Positions 10,860-21,901 of a DNA stretch of 64,000 nucleotides are shown here, in pieces. Both the position numbers and the translations under genes were made by a program. Under the pieces are notes generated by a model. That model was not told the origin of the DNA and ran no database searches. It saw only the letters and a program-made list of their open reading frames with translations. Location: the IMG/VR virus record IMGVR_UViG_3300011008_000002, one strand, 5' to 3'. Each line of letters starts with the position of its first letter. Positions within the stretch are counted from its first letter, which is position 1. The stretch comes from a virus. Lineage: Duplodnaviria; Caudoviricetes.

Positions 10860-11252
10860 ATGGCTAACAAAGTAGATAAGCCTGTAAAGGCATTGAGTAT
10901 TAATACTGACAGGCATGGTGATGTTGTTCTTCGGATTAACGAGGGCGAGTTCGTGTTAGATGATAACGAGCAGTCGAGGCTTCTATTATGCCTCAATCGG
11001 GCTTTAGACCCCGGTGCCGGGTTGTTCCCGTTTATGGGATATTCGACCTTTATTGTATACGAAAACGGAGTTCTTGCAGCTTCTCTAAACGTATCAAAGT
11101 TGGATAAAGAAGGTAACAACTATCTGTTCGTGGTTACTTACAATCTGCCTGGTCAAACAGGGTATGACACGGATTTGTTCTTTGTGAACAACAAGACCAT
11201 TGAAGCGTTCGTTAAGAACCTCGGCAATGATATCGTCAACCGGGGGATTTGA
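10860..11252 (+). CDS. Hypothetical protein
   Basis: ORF with AAGGAGG RBS, followed by a hairpin terminator. Confidence 0.7.
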   Translation: MANKVDKPVKALSINTDRHGDVVLRINEGEFVLDDNEQSRLLLCLNRALDPGAGLFPFMGYSTFIVYENGVLAASLNVSKLDKEGNNYLFVVTYNLPGQTGYDTDLFFVNNKTIEAFVKNLGNDIVNRGI

Positions 11253-11378
11253 TAACAACCCAAGAGATGAGAGAAGAATGGAGTAGTTCCATTCTTCTCT
11301 TTTTATGTCAATGTATTTCTTTTTATACGTACTTTTACAGGGTTATAAGAAACTTGTAAAGAGAGGAGTAATAATATC

Positions 11379-12851
11379 ATGCGGATGAATAGGATTTATG
11401 CGTTTAATACGCATTACGCTATTTATGATTATCGTATGGGCGAAAATAAAGACCTTGAACGCCAAATGACATATCATGATTATGTAGCTTTTAAAGACTA
11501 TCCTAAATACGCATATGATAAAGATGAACAAGTTCTTTATATTCCCCGAGGTTTCGATTCGCACTACTTAGAAGAATGGAATAAAAAACCTATAACTATC
11601 GTAGATAATAACACGAATGTCGTTGAAGTGGGATTTGGGATGACACAGACCCCTATCAATATAAATGAAGAAAAAGCAATAAGGTTTTTAGTTGGTGAGG
11701 GGGAATTTAAAGACTTACGATACAAGTCGCAGAAAGTGCTGATTATGCCACCCGGTATGGGTAAGACATATTCAGCAGTTGCTGCAATTCAAAAACTTCA
11801 TATGCGTTCACTAATTATTATGAGAACTCAAAATCTCAAAGACCAATGGTTGGCGAGAATTAAAGAATATACTACAATGGGTGGTCCAAATATAGTTCAG
11901 ATAGAATCATCTTACCAGTTATTAGGTTATATGAAGAAGCCACCATCAAAAAACAAGAAGGTTTTTATAGTAACAAGAAGTTTACTAATGTCTTATATAA
12001 ACCGATACGGAGCAAAATCTTTATCTGATGTAATTGAAAGAATGGGAATTGGTGTGAAAGTATTCGATGAAGCTCATCAAGAATATGCCAGAACTCTTAT
12101 CATTGACTATGCAACTAATGTAAGATATACCTTTTATCTTACTGCAACATTTAAACTATCAAATACTGGTGATGATAGAGTATTTCAGAGAGCTTTTTAC
12201 GGAGTTCCTAAGTTACAACTAAAGAGAGATGATAGCGAACGGCATATTATTTATCTTGCCGTATTATTTAACTCTCATCCAAATGCGGTTGATATTGCAA
12301 GAATTACAGGTGGAAAAAGAAAATTCAATCGGTTTGCTTATATAGAATACGAATTGAACAAGGGATTATTACAGGAACATTTCAAGTCTCTTATAAATTT
12401 CTTTTTAGTTGATAAAAAGTTACACGGTAAGACGTTAGTATTATCATCAAAGAAGAGCACTTGCGATTATTTTGGTGAACTTGCTGATAAAGAGACGGAT
12501 GGAAAATTCAAGACTTGTGCATTTTACACAGGTAATAAGGTAGAGAATTACAAGGGTTTTGATATTATATCAGCAACTTCTCAAATGCTTGGTACTGGAG
12601 AAGATATCCCAGGATTAAGGTTTATGCATAATACGGAACCATTTGCGTCCTTACCAAATACAGACCAGTTCTCAGGGAGACTTAGACCATATGACCACGG
12701 TACAAAACCGACATACTACATTGAGTATATTGATGTAGGGTTTGATAAACTATATCAGTGGTATTTGAAAAGAAAGAAACTTCTTGAGACAAAAGCGAAG
12801 GAATGTAAGGAACTCAATTATATAATAAAAGACTACAACGAATACTATTGA
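11379..12851 (+). CDS. Superfamily 2 DEAH helicase (UvsW-like)
   Basis: Walker A PPGMGKT, DEAH, TAT, GEDIP, QFSGRL. Confidence 0.9.
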   Translation: MRMNRIYAFNTHYAIYDYRMGENKDLERQMTYHDYVAFKDYPKYAYDKDEQVLYIPRGFDSHYLEEWNKKPITIVDNNTNVVEVGFGMTQTPININEEKAIRFLVGEGEFKDLRYKSQKVLIMPPGMGKTYSAVAAIQKLHMRSLIIMRTQNLKDQWLARIKEYTTMGGPNIVQIESSYQLLGYMKKPPSKNKKVFIVTRSLLMSYINRYGAKSLSDVIERMGIGVKVFDEAHQEYARTLIIDYATNVRYTFYLTATFKLSNTGDDRVFQRAFYGVPKLQLKRDDSERHIIYLAVLFNSHPNAVDIARITGGKRKFNRFAYIEYELNKGLLQEHFKSLINFFLVDKKLHGKTLVLSSKKSTCDYFGELADKETDGKFKTCAFYTGNKVENYKGFDIISATSQMLGTGEDIPGLRFMHNTEPFASLPNTDQFSGRLRPYDHGTKPTYYIEYIDVGFDKLYQWYLKRKKLLETKAKECKELNYIIKDYNEYY

Positions 12852-12868
12852 AAGGAGTGAAATGATGT

Positions 12869-13174
12869 ATGGTAGATTCCATAAAGAATAGCTCTTTTAC
12901 GACAGAAGACGCGACTATGAAAGAACTTATCCTTAATACTGCTTGTAGAGTAGAAGCTATTGAACGATTACTTGAGTCAACAACTCATTTAGGAGAACAT
13001 ACTCCTCATATACCTCTTATATTGAAATCAGAGGTAGAGGGTTTAGCAAACTCTATCAAAAAGGAAAGTCCATATGCAAGTGCTTACAAGTCAGTTAAAC
13101 GTGAAGGTTCAGCATCTCACTCTGATAATACCTATCTCAGAGCATTTAGTCGTAATCTTATTGACCCATCGTGA
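12869..13174 (+). CDS. Hypothetical protein
   Basis: ORF with RBS. Confidence 0.55.
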   Translation: MVDSIKNSSFTTEDATMKELILNTACRVEAIERLLESTTHLGEHTPHIPLILKSEVEGLANSIKKESPYASAYKSVKREGSASHSDNTYLRAFSRNLIDPS

Positions 13175-13258
13175 AGTAAACCGGACAATGTAATATGTAA
13201 TCATTGTCCGGTTTACTTCATATATTATAACCGTACATAAAACATAAAGGAGGTTACT

Positions 13259-13849
13259 ATGGATACAAACTGCTATACAGATTTAGATATGTTTGCTAAC
13301 TTAGACAGATTAGTAAGCTGCTATCTTGAATTAGATTTTCTCGCAGAACATTCACCATCTCCTGATGATTGTACTGGTGAAGAAAATGAATTGTATTTCA
13401 AGATAATTGATTTGAGGGATACTATGTCAGAAATGTTTGATTTTTATAGAACAGAAAGTGAGGCAACTAAAGATATGAGAACTTTGAAAGAAACGAAGGA
13501 ACGCATCTTTGGAAAGACACCTGAAATACCTGTAAACGTAACCGATAATACTGATACGGAAGATGTCGACACGGATGATTTGGAATTTACTCCTGAACAA
13601 ACACAGAGACTAGATGACATACACAATGCGGCATATGAATTCTGTAAGGTTATAACTCAGAATGATGACTTACCGTGGAGTATGTATTCTCTTGGAGAAA
13701 TCGTCGATGTGGCTGTTAGATTAGTATTATCTGACCCTAATCTCGATATAGATAAGGTATATTTTCCTGCCATAGTTACTGATGATGGTACTGGAGAAGG
13801 ATATGTCAGTGACTATGAATATGGAGAAGCAGATCAATTATTTGAATAG
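13259..13849 (+). CDS. Acidic early hypothetical protein
   Basis: GGAGG RBS; TATATTAT early motif at 13221. Confidence 0.7.
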   Translation: MDTNCYTDLDMFANLDRLVSCYLELDFLAEHSPSPDDCTGEENELYFKIIDLRDTMSEMFDFYRTESEATKDMRTLKETKERIFGKTPEIPVNVTDNTDTEDVDTDDLEFTPEQTQRLDDIHNAAYEFCKVITQNDDLPWSMYSLGEIVDVAVRLVLSDPNLDIDKVYFPAIVTDDGTGEGYVSDYEYGEADQLFE

Positions 13850-13901
13850 TCGTTAATGATAACTCAGGTTGGGATTAGTAGTTTCCCAACCTGAGTTATA
13901 T

Positions 13902-14393
13902 TCATTTATATAGTACAACCCCTCCAGATTTCAAAGACTTCTTTACATTGATAGTCCTTTGATTAGATGACCCTTTGAACACAAGGCTGATATCTTTTTT
14001 GTCCATCTGAAACGGACCATCAACTAATACATCAATGTATTTTAGAATTTCTTTGGAACCCGGAATGTTTTCCCAAGTATATCCTGTGAATAACCATATA
14101 TCTTTATTGATAAACTTTTCATCAAAGCGTTTTACTAAAGATAATAATCCATCTTGATTTCTCGGATTTAATGGTTCTCCACCAAGGATAGATAAACCTT
14201 GATAACAAGATTGCTCAAGAGTTTTGAGTATCTTATCTTCTATGTCTTTTGTGAATTCCTCACCATAGTCAAAAGACCAAGCCACCTTATTAAAACATTC
14301 AGGACAATGAATGGTGCATCCTGATACAAATAAGGATAAACGAACACCTGGTCCATTAGCCACATCGTATTCTTTTATTGTAGCATAATTCAT
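13902..14393 (-). CDS. nrdG: Anaerobic ribonucleotide reductase activating enzyme (radical SAM)
   Basis: NGPGVRLSLFVSGC..HC.EC, GGEP, DVLVDGPF, GSSNQ. Confidence 0.95.
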   Translation of the reverse strand: MNYATIKEYDVANGPGVRLSLFVSGCTIHCPECFNKVAWSFDYGEEFTKDIEDKILKTLEQSCYQGLSILGGEPLNPRNQDGLLSLVKRFDEKFINKDIWLFTGYTWENIPGSKEILKYIDVLVDGPFQMDKKDISLVFKGSSNQRTINVKKSLKSGGVVLYK

Positions 14394-16588
14394 AGATGGA
14401 GCACCCTCTCATTTATTTCTTGAGTACGACCTTGATTCCAGTATTGCGTTCCTATGTAGCCACAGGTCCTTCTCGCAATAGACATCTTGCTCTGGTCACG
14501 ATTGCCGCACTTCGGGCATTCCCAGACAAGCTTATCATGGTCGTCCTTTACAATCTTTATTTCTCCATCATATCCGCAGCACATACAGTAATCTGACTTA
14601 GTGTTAAGTTCAGCATAGATAATATTATCATAAATGAACTTGATTACTGCTAATACAGCAGGTATATTATTCTGGAGATTTGGTACTTCTACATAACTGA
14701 TAGCACCACCCGGAGACAATGCCTGGAACTCAGATTCAAACTTGAGCTTTGTAAATGCATCAATCTCCTCTGTCACGTGAACGTGATAACTATTAGTGAT
14801 GTAGTTCTTATCAGTAACTCCTGGTATAATACCGAAGCGTTTCTGTAAACACTTAGCGAACTTATAAGTGGTTGACTCAATGGGAGTTCCATAGAGAGAA
14901 TAACTTATGTTCTCAGCTGCTTTCCATTCAGCACACTTATCGTTCATTTTTTGCATAACCTTGATACTGAAATCTTTACCTTCATCTGAAGTATGAGATT
15001 TTCCAGTCATCCTCTTACACATCTCATACAGTCCGGCATACCCAAGGGATATCGTACTGTAGTTATTGTACAAGAGTTTATCTATAGTTTCTCCCTTTTC
15101 CAACCTAGCAAGCGCACCATGTTGCCAGAGAATAGGAGCAACATCAGAAATTGTTCCTAATAGTCTTTCATGACGAAGCCTAAGAGCCTTGTGGCAGAGT
15201 TCCAGTCTCTCGTCAAATATCTCCCAGAACTTATCGAAATCACCATTAGAAGAACAAGCAACATCAACCAAGTTAATAGTAACAACCCCTTGGTTGAACC
15301 TACCGTAATACTTATGCTTTCCATTCTCACCCATACCAACGGTATCGGGAGTAAGGAATGAACGGCAACCCATACAAGTATAAACATCACCGTTCTTGTA
15401 TTGTCTCATAACCTTATTGGATATATAATCCGGAACCATTCTCTTAGCTGTGCATTTTGCAGCGAGTTCCGTAAGATACCAATATTCCGAATCCTCGGTT
15501 ATGTTATTTTCATCCAATGCATATATAAGCTTCGGGAACGCAGGAGTTATCCATACACCCTGTTCATTCTTAACCCCTTCAATCCTTTGCAGTAGAACTT
15601 CTTCGATACAGATAGCTAGGTCTTTCCTAGTTTGTTCATCTTCGGGTTCGTTGATATTCATATACATCGTAACGAATGGTGTCTGACCATTGGTTGTCAT
15701 AAGAGTAAGTATTTGATACTGTATAGTCTGTACACCACTCTTGATTTCCCTACGAAGACGAGTTTCAATCATATGGTTCTGTTGTTCTTCAGTCATAGAA
15801 TTGAATGCATCCTCGCCAAGCTCATCAATAGCATTCTTGCGAATTTTCTGTCTTGAAACATTCACAAAAGGAGCCAAATGAGCCAATGAGAATGACTGAC
15901 CGCCATACTGATTAGAAGCGACCTGAGCTATAATCTGAGTAGCTACATTACAAGCCGTTCCAAAACTGTGAGGCTTTTCAATCAATGTCTGAGTTATAAC
16001 TGTTCCATTCTGAAGCATATCTTCCAGATTAATCAGGCAACAGTTATGTTCAGGTTGAACGAAGTAATCAGTATCATGGAAATGTATAATACCTGCATCG
16101 TGAGCTTCCATAATATCAGGAGGAAGTAATAATCTCCTTGTAATATCCCTTGATACTTCTCCAGCCATGTAATCACGCTGAGTAGAATTGATTACCGGGT
16201 TTTTATTGGAATTTTCCTGCTTAGCCTCTTCGTTTGTGCGGTTTACAAGAGACAAAATCTTATTGTCAATGGAAGTTGTATTACGTACAATCTCCCTCTT
16301 ATACCTATATCTTACATAAAGTTGGGCAACCTCATATCCACGCATTTCCATGATGCCCACTTCAACCATATCCTGTATGTCTTCTACCTGAACTGCATGA
16401 GATGATTCAGCCACCTGCTTAGCGATATTTTCCGCTATAGCGACAATCTGAGAACTAGATAATCTCCTAGTATGATCAGGTTCTTCTTTGTTAGCTTTTG
16501 TAATCGCGTTGATGATTTTGGTGATGTCAAATTCGACTTCTTCACCACTCCTTTTGATGACGTTGGTCTTCACTACCATTGCATCCAT
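14390..16588 (-). CDS. nrdD: Anaerobic (class III) ribonucleoside-triphosphate reductase
   Basis: N-terminal ATP cone, ENSNK, HNCCL, MGCRS, C-terminal CxxC pairs, glycyl-radical RRTCGYIG. Confidence 0.97.
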   Translation of the reverse strand: MDAMVVKTNVIKRSGEEVEFDITKIINAITKANKEEPDHTRRLSSSQIVAIAENIAKQVAESSHAVQVEDIQDMVEVGIMEMRGYEVAQLYVRYRYKREIVRNTTSIDNKILSLVNRTNEEAKQENSNKNPVINSTQRDYMAGEVSRDITRRLLLPPDIMEAHDAGIIHFHDTDYFVQPEHNCCLINLEDMLQNGTVITQTLIEKPHSFGTACNVATQIIAQVASNQYGGQSFSLAHLAPFVNVSRQKIRKNAIDELGEDAFNSMTEEQQNHMIETRLRREIKSGVQTIQYQILTLMTTNGQTPFVTMYMNINEPEDEQTRKDLAICIEEVLLQRIEGVKNEQGVWITPAFPKLIYALDENNITEDSEYWYLTELAAKCTAKRMVPDYISNKVMRQYKNGDVYTCMGCRSFLTPDTVGMGENGKHKYYGRFNQGVVTINLVDVACSSNGDFDKFWEIFDERLELCHKALRLRHERLLGTISDVAPILWQHGALARLEKGETIDKLLYNNYSTISLGYAGLYEMCKRMTGKSHTSDEGKDFSIKVMQKMNDKCAEWKAAENISYSLYGTPIESTTYKFAKCLQKRFGIIPGVTDKNYITNSYHVHVTEEIDAFTKLKFESEFQALSPGGAISYVEVPNLQNNIPAVLAVIKFIYDNIIYAELNTKSDYCMCCGYDGEIKIVKDDHDKLVWECPKCGNRDQSKMSIARRTCGYIGTQYWNQGRTQEINERVLHL

Positions 16589-16816
16589 AATAGCAATAAA
16601 CCTCCTTTATTGTAAATTATTGGTAAATGATAACCAAGATGACTTTTATTTTACTACAAAGTCATCTTGGTTAGTTGCAAGTATCTGTTTGAGTATCCAT
16701 CAAAACAGTAAGTATGGTTTTATTGACTTTTACTCCGTAAATACAGCGTTGCAGCTAATTAGCTGAGCTGGTTTTACCCATTAATCTTTTGTTAAGTCTA
16801 TGGTCAAAACCTATAT

Positions 16817-19480
16817 TTACTCACTATCAGACGATTCCTGATTTTCAGCCATCTTAGTCTGTATCTGATTGTACAATTTAGTCTGTCTTGCTTTCATGAG
16901 AGATTGTTTGTACATGTCAGGAAGTAATTCCCAAGGAGCAGCCGGAGTTTGTTCAATAACAAGCTGTCTTGTCATATCCTCTATAATAAACGCTGTGATC
17001 TCTGGTGGGTTAGTTGTATCACCACCGACATATGTTTTTACCATGCTCTCGCATAACCCAATGTTATCATTCAACTGTTGGTTCGTTATATTGTTATTGA
17101 TAACTTTGGATTCTCTCAAAGATATCTTCATCTTATCAAGAATATTATCAGGTATTGCGTGAGGATAGCAATTCTTTACTAGCGTCTTTGCCGTTTCAGT
17201 AAGAGGACCGTTGAAGTCCTTCTTGATACTATTACATCTTGTAAGGTGCTTGATATTCGCCATACCAAGCATTGTTGCATACTCGATTTCGTCAACATAA
17301 TCGACCATAACAGCAGGAACACCAGTTGCACCGATTGCCATTTTCTTTAGGTCAGTAAGGAATTCATTATGCATATCAATCTGCTGACCTGAAACAACAT
17401 CCATCTCGAATGGTTTAACTTCATTGACACCCATGTCGAGGAAAAACCTCTTATTGATAGCACGATTTCCGTGAAGGATATTACCATTTGCAATCTGTAT
17501 AGGGTCTACATTACTATCCTCTAACTGATCCATCATATCTGAAATCTGATTGTTGATTTGACCATCTAAAGCACTTTCTTTCAGATAGTAAAATTCGCTA
17601 TCAGTTGATTTTGTAATGATGGCAGTTGTATAAAAAAGTATGAGAGATGTATACAATCTTGCATATAGCAGAGACCTCAGTATAACCGGTTGTCCATTAT
17701 CGTGTTCATCTGTATTCGTTTTCCAAGGAATTATAAACTCAGGACGAACGAACTTTATCCTTATAGGGTTATCCCTCCTTTCTGCATAGAGAATACAGTT
17801 AAGTATCATACTCTTTAACTGATTATCACCCTTTAACACATCTCCATACTTCAAATTCTTAAGAACTGAATCAACTATTCCGTCGATTACCACATTCCTC
17901 TGATTGAAGTTCATTTGATTGGACATGATATCAGTTACAGAAGTCCCCATTCTTGCATAATCGTAATTCTCGAAATAATAGTATCCTACAACGTAATCGA
18001 AAATCTTAATAGGAACTAATTGCCTTGGGTCTACGAGCTTTGTATGACAACCCAATACATCGTCAGATTGTTTCAGCATATTGGCAGTGATTTCATTATC
18101 GTTATTTGTTGTAAATCCATCATCCGTACTCTGAGTTGATTTCTTTGAAAACTTCTCAGATATTTCATTGAGCTTGTCATTATCAGTAATTCTACCGATC
18201 TCTGGTGTTTCCTTTGGTTGTTTTTTATCAGTTGGATATTGTATTGCTACAAGTTCTCCATCTTTAACAAATTTCTTTGTTAAATCTGATACGATATCTT
18301 TTCCGGCTTCGATATACGACGCAAACTTATCCTTATTAGAACCAGTCCGTACACCAATCTTACTGTCAAATTGAACATTACCTGATTTGATATCGTCAAT
18401 ATCTTGTATCAACTTGTTCTGAGTAGCTTTCATAGAAGCTGATATAGCATTTTGTATATGGTCATCGAGTTTTTTGTATGAACCAAGACCTTCAATATCA
18501 GGAATAGAAGTATCTTCGCATACTAGAATTTGTTTTGCATTCTCTTTGATGATATTGATTGTCTCTTGGATGACTTTCTGGTCATTAGAAAGTTTATCAC
18601 TTTTTATACTCTCTTCCAAAGTAGGGTCAATCGACTCAAAGATGGAAGTAACACTTTCCATACATGAGTCATAATCCTTATTATCACCAAACAAAGCGTG
18701 AGTATCTGTAGACTCGTAGAATGGAATTCCACCGTAACCCATTCCATGTGAGTTGTTAATGGCAATAAGTTTCATCCCTATTTCACTATAGGGAATAATC
18801 ATTATGTAATACGTCCCATATTTTATAGCTTTCGGAGCAACATGGTCACGTATTTTTATTGTCATTTTTTGATACTCTAAAGCTTTCTTTACGATTGATA
18901 CGTAAGCACTTGTATCATCTGTAACTCCAGGAAAGTCGATATCCATACTGATATCTTCATTCACCTGTTCAGCTCTAAGGACATTATCTCTTATAATGAG
19001 ATTTGCTTCTTCAAGCTGATAGAAATAGCTACAAACTGAATCTATCTCATCATAAATATGAATAATATCAGATGATGTAGATAAAAAATAAGAAGCTATT
19101 TGAGTATCACCCATTGTAAACAACTTATCGAGCTGAACATTTTTCAAAAGCTTATCTTGAGCAGCATTACCAGTTGTAAAACCATTTTTTCTGAATGCTT
19201 GTTGAGCTTTACCATAATCCTTATGACCAATTAGAGCATTAGCTATATAGTCATATGTACTATCGGTAGAGTCCTTTGAAGATTTTACTCCTTGATAATC
19301 TTGCTGTATGATATTATTATAACGATGGTGAATGTTAAGAAGTTCATCAGAACGACCACCATCGTCACCTGTAAACGCGATTGATTCTGACCGCAATAAA
19401 TTCACAAGTTCTTTGTTCATGTCTTCCATTCTTTTTAAGTCAGGAGTTAGACTAGAACTGTTGGATTTACTTTCCGCCAT
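16817..19480 (-). CDS. Putative portal protein
   Basis: 887 aa; KYGTYY, PRQLVPIKI..VGYYY and IGATGVP segments resemble jumbo/T4-type portals. Confidence 0.55.
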   Translation of the reverse strand: MAESKSNSSSLTPDLKRMEDMNKELVNLLRSESIAFTGDDGGRSDELLNIHHRYNNIIQQDYQGVKSSKDSTDSTYDYIANALIGHKDYGKAQQAFRKNGFTTGNAAQDKLLKNVQLDKLFTMGDTQIASYFLSTSSDIIHIYDEIDSVCSYFYQLEEANLIIRDNVLRAEQVNEDISMDIDFPGVTDDTSAYVSIVKKALEYQKMTIKIRDHVAPKAIKYGTYYIMIIPYSEIGMKLIAINNSHGMGYGGIPFYESTDTHALFGDNKDYDSCMESVTSIFESIDPTLEESIKSDKLSNDQKVIQETINIIKENAKQILVCEDTSIPDIEGLGSYKKLDDHIQNAISASMKATQNKLIQDIDDIKSGNVQFDSKIGVRTGSNKDKFASYIEAGKDIVSDLTKKFVKDGELVAIQYPTDKKQPKETPEIGRITDNDKLNEISEKFSKKSTQSTDDGFTTNNDNEITANMLKQSDDVLGCHTKLVDPRQLVPIKIFDYVVGYYYFENYDYARMGTSVTDIMSNQMNFNQRNVVIDGIVDSVLKNLKYGDVLKGDNQLKSMILNCILYAERRDNPIRIKFVRPEFIIPWKTNTDEHDNGQPVILRSLLYARLYTSLILFYTTAIITKSTDSEFYYLKESALDGQINNQISDMMDQLEDSNVDPIQIANGNILHGNRAINKRFFLDMGVNEVKPFEMDVVSGQQIDMHNEFLTDLKKMAIGATGVPAVMVDYVDEIEYATMLGMANIKHLTRCNSIKKDFNGPLTETAKTLVKNCYPHAIPDNILDKMKISLRESKVINNNITNQQLNDNIGLCESMVKTYVGGDTTNPPEITAFIIEDMTRQLVIEQTPAAPWELLPDMYKQSLMKARQTKLYNQIQTKMAENQESSDSE

Positions 19481-19603
19481 AATTCATATCTCCTTTCTTA
19501 GTTATTATGCCAAAAAATGAAGGCACTCTTATTATCTTTGTGGAAAGAGGAGATATCTACGAAAAAGAAGACTAGGTGGTAAACAAGTTACCACCTAGTT
19601 TCT

Positions 19604-20074
19604 CTACCAAGCATAAATCTCTATATAGACATAGTTATCATGTCCAATCATCAATGTATCTAATATTGATTGATATAGACTCTGATTGTCTATGTCGAAT
19701 TTTTTGTAAGCTACATTATATTTCCCTGATAACTCTAAATTCTTCCCATATCCTACATTATCAAGACACCATGCTGTTTTGATTGCATCATTATCAAAGA
19801 GATCGTTGCTCTCTATCACCCTCACCATTCTGAAACTGATAATAGAACAACCATTAATTATTTCAGTTTTTATGAAGTTGATGAGGTTCAATGATTTAGA
19901 TTTTTCAACGATAATTTTAGATGGATGAGCATCAAGTAAAGTTTCTGTTACATCGTACTCGTTAATATATATCGGTGGATAATACGATTCATAATCTAGG
20001 TCATTATTAGTTTCAAGATTGATTTTCCCCCGAATTGAACAGAATATCTTTGGCTCTCTATCTGGTACCTTCAT
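19604..20074 (-). CDS. Hypothetical protein
   Basis: ORF with GGAGG RBS. Confidence 0.6.
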   Translation of the reverse strand: MKVPDREPKIFCSIRGKINLETNNDLDYESYYPPIYINEYDVTETLLDAHPSKIIVEKSKSLNLINFIKTEIINGCSIISFRMVRVIESNDLFDNDAIKTAWCLDNVGYGKNLELSGKYNVAYKKFDIDNQSLYQSILDTLMIGHDNYVYIEIYAW

Positions 20075-20085
20075 ATCATACCTCC

Positions 20086-20604
20086 TTAAAATAAGTTACG
20101 TAGATTATCTTCTTTGCAGAATACAACCTTGACTGGGTGTCCAAGGGCAAAACTTATATCATTCATAATTTGATAAGTATCATATATTGCCCCATCAATG
20201 TATGCAAAACAGTGGTTATCACACCCGACAATGTATCTTCCAAATCTATGGGTTGCTAAAAATGTCCCGGTCGATACAACCATATTAGGTTCCACTGCTA
20301 CATAATGATATTTCTTCAGGTAGTTATGGATTGTTCCAATGTGATTCATAACCTTGTAATGGTTTAATCCTGATTTCGTTAATCCTAAATAATGATGTTT
20401 ATAATCATCTTCATTAGGTTTGGATGGGTCATCAGCCAATATCGCGCATACTGACCTTACTACGCAATCATCTGCATCAGAATCGTTGTTTGGATTCCAA
20501 TTTGTATTCGAATAACGTATATTCAGTAATTGCAATAGACCGTGTTTCCCATCCGTACCATATGTCACAGGTGGATTAACAAAGATAGAACCACTATCAA
20601 ACAT
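20086..20604 (-). CDS. Putative papain/C39-like cysteine peptidase-fold protein
   Basis: DCVVRS ... HCFAYIDG.IYDT (Cys-His-Asp pattern). Confidence 0.45.
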   Translation of the reverse strand: MFDSGSIFVNPPVTYGTDGKHGLLQLLNIRYSNTNWNPNNDSDADDCVVRSVCAILADDPSKPNEDDYKHHYLGLTKSGLNHYKVMNHIGTIHNYLKKYHYVAVEPNMVVSTGTFLATHRFGRYIVGCDNHCFAYIDGAIYDTYQIMNDISFALGHPVKVVFCKEDNLRNLF

Positions 20605-21396
20605 TTATCCAGTACCTCCTTCTTCATAGATTAGTACTAAGTAATCGTGTATTGTTTCAATATACATGGTACCACTACCACAAGGATAGGATGCATAGAT
20701 TCTAAGAAGTGATACATCATTTTCTTGTGAAGGGAAAAATGTATAGAACACATTGTTTGCTATAGGAGCACCCTTTCTCTTTACCCCACTAAACATGAAC
20801 AATGATTTTGCTAATCTTGTTGAAACATGACGCTTATCGACTTCTTGTACAATCGGTACAATCCCACCCTCTTTAATAACATCTAAATCTGAATCGGACA
20901 TTCTAGCCCAATACTCAGTCGGGATCAGTGATCTCTCATTATATAGATTGTCGAACCAATCAATGAGCTTAGCTGTATTCAATATATCGTCTCTGATTTC
21001 ATCGCGTAGTAATCTAGCTATAGATACTTCAATTCTTTTTGCTGCGATAGGGTCTTCAAATATTAGGAATAGCTCCTCCTCTTCGCATACATAGTATACA
21101 TTTTTTCTGAATGATGGGGAGTCTAATTTGATACCCTTAATTTTGTTAATGACATCCATTAAACTTTCTATATAATAAATGCCATTTTCTACCATAGATT
21201 TGTTAAATCCAGTGAATGGGAACCGTACTACATGCATACCGGGTATTTTTCCAGTATCCCAGTTGTTCTTCTTTGTGCATATCATACAGTCGTTTTTGAT
21301 GATGTATTCATCTCCAACTTTAGTAAGACGTGCCAGGAATGAAGCGAATGTATCAATTTCCTTACACGTTATTTTTGTTAAGTTTGACATAATCAT
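20605..21396 (-). CDS. Hypothetical protein
   Basis: ORF with RBS, in operon. Confidence 0.7.
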   Translation of the reverse strand: MIMSNLTKITCKEIDTFASFLARLTKVGDEYIIKNDCMICTKKNNWDTGKIPGMHVVRFPFTGFNKSMVENGIYYIESLMDVINKIKGIKLDSPSFRKNVYYVCEEEELFLIFEDPIAAKRIEVSIARLLRDEIRDDILNTAKLIDWFDNLYNERSLIPTEYWARMSDSDLDVIKEGGIVPIVQEVDKRHVSTRLAKSLFMFSGVKRKGAPIANNVFYTFFPSQENDVSLLRIYASYPCGSGTMYIETIHDYLVLIYEEGGTG

Positions 21397-21480
21397 ATCC
21401 TCCTTTATTGAGTGGTGTCAAACAGTGCGATTTCTTAAAAAATACCACCTTACTCCAAAAATAGAGTAAGGTGGCAGTTA

Positions 21481-21900
21481 TTATCCTTCCCATTCAGTAC
21501 ACGGGAAACCTGCTTCTGTCAGCCATTTTGCTACGAGAGTTCTGTGACAAAAGTCACCAACCTTTTCATAACAACACAATGCAGCATGTATATCGGGATT
21601 GCTCCATATCTCAGCCCCGGAATCCTTCAGCTTATCCGCAATCTCTGCCTTATTAGTATATACTATCTCATGAATGATGTCAGACGGATTAAGCTTATCC
21701 AGTACTTTCTCTGTATAAATCTTAGTATATTCATCTTCATTGATAAGTCCATTCTTATAATCCCTAAGCAAATTTCCCGGCGGCATTAATTCTACAATAC
21801 GTCCATTTGTAAACCATGTCGGAGACGAAAATGCAATAGAGATTGGATAGACATTTTTGGGAAGCTTCTTAATCTTCCCGAAGTATGATGTGTAAAGCAT
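21481..21900 (-). CDS. DUF488-like protein
   Basis: MLYTSYF...ISIA...P.W and LCCYEK..DFCHR. Confidence 0.7.
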   Translation of the reverse strand: MLYTSYFGKIKKLPKNVYPISIAFSSPTWFTNGRIVELMPPGNLLRDYKNGLINEDEYTKIYTEKVLDKLNPSDIIHEIVYTNKAEIADKLKDSGAEIWSNPDIHAALCCYEKVGDFCHRTLVAKWLTEAGFPCTEWEG

Positions 21901-21901
21901 C

